DNA from: Amoebidium appalachense
Lineage: Eukaryota; Protista; Ichthyosporea
NCBI GenBank assembly: GCA_963693365.1
Contig: CAVNZM010000018.1
Span: 248,001 to 312,000 of the forward strand
Length of the DNA stretch: 64,000 bases
Reading direction: 5' to 3'
The notes below the pieces were generated by a model. It searched no databases, was not told the DNA's origin, and saw only the letters and a program-made list of their open reading frames with translations. The position numbers were made by a program, and so were the translations under genes. Shown here in pieces: positions 24,379-64,000 of the stretch (within the stretch, counting starts at the first letter, position 1; every line of letters starts with the position of its first letter).

Positions 24379-24668
24379 CTGTTTGCTTTTTTTTTTTGTT
24401 TCAAACTAACCGTTGCAAAGAGACAAAGAGAGACAAACATTCGCCTTTGGAAAGTCAGGAGCGTTGGCGTCTTTTAAACTTATAAAGTAGCGCATATACC
24501 GGGTTTGTTCTTGCAACAGCAAACTAGTTTCTGTTTGCTTTTTTTTTTGTTTCAAACTAACCGTTGCAAAGAGACAAAGAGAGACAAACGTTCGCCTTTG
24601 GAAAGTCAGGAGCGTTGGCGTCTTTTAAACTTATAAAGTAGCGCATATACCGGGTTTGTTCTTGCAAC
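24379..24668. repeat. Near-perfect ~140-bp direct duplication just upstream of the receptor start codon
   Basis: TCTGTTTGC(T)nGTTTCAAACTAACC...GGGTTTGTTCTTGCAAC at 24379-24518 and 24530-24668. Confidence 0.92.
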
Positions 24669-24750
24669 GAATGACACATCCCTCTCCTGACCCCACCTCG
24701 TCATACCACCATATATAGCTGCCTCATTCTCTTATTCACTACTCGTAGGG

Positions 24751-61957
<37,207 letters not shown>

Positions 61958-62050
61958 TGTTTTATTATTATTTATTTTTCTTTTATTTGTCTATTTATTT
62001 ATTTATTTATTTATTTGTTTGTTTGTTTAGTGGTGTGTGTGTGTGTTAAC

Positions 62051-62103
62051 ATGATCAATAATGAGGATAAAGATGAGGATGACACACTGCTGGACTTGTA
62101 GTG
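62051..62103 (+). repeat. Partial duplicate of the receptor's last codons
   Basis: ATGATCAATAATGAGGATAAAGATGAGGATGACACACTGCTGGACTTGTAGTG versus 61907-61959. Confidence 0.88.
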
Positions 62104-62449
62104 CTTTCTGGTTTGTTTGTTTTGTTTTATTTATTGTTATTATTATTACTTTGCCTGTTTATGTAAATGAGGAGGGTGTGTGTGTGGGGGGGGGGGGGGG
62201 GAGGGGGGGGGGGGGGGGGGTTCCTATTGCTTTTACTGGTTGGCCTTCTTTATGGTTGTCTTTTTTTTTTTTTTTGGTCCGTGAAGTACAAGGCGTAAAG
62301 TGCAAGGGCAAGAACAAAAAGACAAACCGGCAACTCTTAACAGGGGTCGGGACGGAGGTTACGCATGATTATTTTTGTTTGGTTTTTTGTTTTTGTTTTT
62401 GTTTTTTGTTTCTGTTTTTTTTGTGGGTGGGTGGGTGAGTGGGTGGGAA

Positions 62450-62494
<45 letters not shown>

Positions 62495-63152
62495 ACAAAA
62501 CCATGGACAGAATGCACCATCGCAGTATTTGAGACAGGAAGTAGTGAACGAAAACATGCAACGTTTATTGTAAGACACGAATGAGGTTGTTCGCTTGGCA
62601 TGCATTTTCGCATATCCTACACAGGGTTTACCCCGTTTTGTGCCTGTCTTTTCCCATATCAAAAGCCCTGCTACCTACTTGGGGTGGGGTTAACGTCTTG
62701 GTATCAAATTTCAGTGCCCGTTATTCAAATTCAAACCAGATTGCTTTTTATTCCATTTAATGCTCCATTTTTCACCCCTTTGAGTGTTGTAGTTTTGATG
62801 AGTATATCTACCGCAGCTATGGCTGTAAGTTGTCTTTGAGCATCAGCTGGCTCTGGTGTATTAGATATCTATTTTTGAAATCTTCAAATTGCACTGAGAT
62901 ATATTTCATTTGAGTTATATCTGCAATACTACTTTTACTTCCTGAGTGACAAATTGAACATAAAATTCCGGTTCCATTGTTCACAGGTCAACATGCACAC
63001 GTATGCACGTAGGGTTGCACCCATACACAAATAAGCATATGCGCAAGCACACACGTGTATACACACACACCAACACCACCACCACCAACCCACCAGCATT
63101 TTTCCAATCCGCTCAAAACTGTACCGACACCGCAAAATGCACGATTTTTACA

Positions 63153-63208
<56 letters not shown>

Positions 63209-63584
63209 AAAAAAAAAAAAAAAAAAACATGTTATTCACAAATACTTTTGCTAGTCGTACATACAAAGTTTACTTCTGCATCATACCCCTACACAGTTAC
63301 TTTACTATAGTCTGCATTCCCGTTCCATCAAATCCTCGTATCTATTCACTATCCTACCGTACATGACAAATGATAAACATGCCAATAATGATCTTGTTCA
63401 TCAACCCCAACAGGCCGTATTGGTCACAAACATTTCGACTACATATGTAATTTGGAGCTTAAATACCCAGCCGGACATCATACAAACTTTTAAATAATTG
63501 CTTGTATAACACGGGCTGTATATGGCATGTACATATCGACCAATTATAACGTTACATACGTTTGGTCGACAAATTTCAGCATAT

Positions 63585-63722
63585 TGTGTGCATGAGTGTC
63601 CTGTTTCTACCCATTTCTACTGTGTGCACGAGTGCGCTATTTCTACCCATTTCTACTGTGTGCATGTGCGCTCTGTTTCTACCCATTTCTACTGTGTGCA
63701 GGAGTGCTCTGTTTCTACACAC
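63585..63722. repeat. 36-bp tandem repeat x4
   Basis: TGTGTGCATGAGTGTCCTGTTTCTACCCATTTCTAC variants. Confidence 0.88.
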
Positions 63723-63840
63723 TGCCCATATCTGGTCGGTTGAGTGCAAGCCATACACGTCAGTGAACATACCACAGCACCTACTGAATACAGTTACTAC
63801 ATCCTTTTGCCCAAAAAGTATCAACAGGAATCACACTTTT

Positions 63841-63999
63841 TTACGTGCTCACTATGGCTTGCAGTGTGCCGAACTTATCGGGGAAGTACACATCGACCAG
63901 CATGAACAGAGACACAGCACACAGCGCCTCGACCTCGACCTTGTAGCCCCCATCGACCATCCCCTGCACCTCACGATAGTACTGCCCAACGGGTCCCCA
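63841..63999 (-). CDS. Possible terminal exon of a convergent gene continuing beyond the window
   Basis: Open, codon-like frame WGPVGQYYREVQGMVDGGYKVEVEALCAVSLFMLVDVYFPDKFGTLQAIVST* in non-repetitive sequence. No homology recognised. Confidence 0.4.
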   Translation of the reverse strand, partial: WGPVGQYYREVQGMVDGGYKVEVEALCAVSLFMLVDVYFPDKFGTLQAIVST

Positions 64000-64000
64000 T

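Overview
Intron-rich eukaryotic DNA. From gene content it is probably an opisthokont, possibly a unicellular holozoan; this is inference only. Nearly all ORF-track entries are artefacts of (CA)n/(GT)n and poly-C/poly-G tracts. Manual splicing recovers three genes: the 3' part of a ZW10 kinetochore/NRZ gene (470-12595, +), a two-exon RGS-domain gene (17542-18551, +), and a ~38-exon cation-independent mannose-6-phosphate-receptor-like gene (24751-61957, +) with 17 MRH repeats, a TM helix and an acidic di-leucine tail. The interval between ZW10 and the receptor holds DNA-transposon remnants. These include a nested pair with a THAP-domain ORF and a 34-bp TIR-to-TIR footprint resembling P-element excision scars. 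The most unusual signal is a dispersed intronic repeat family (about 10 copies, at least two subfamilies). Its well-preserved copies are 5'-variable, end in GCATTCAA(A), sit in poly-C tracts, are all sense to the host gene, and contain a compensatorily conserved multi-stem RNA fold.
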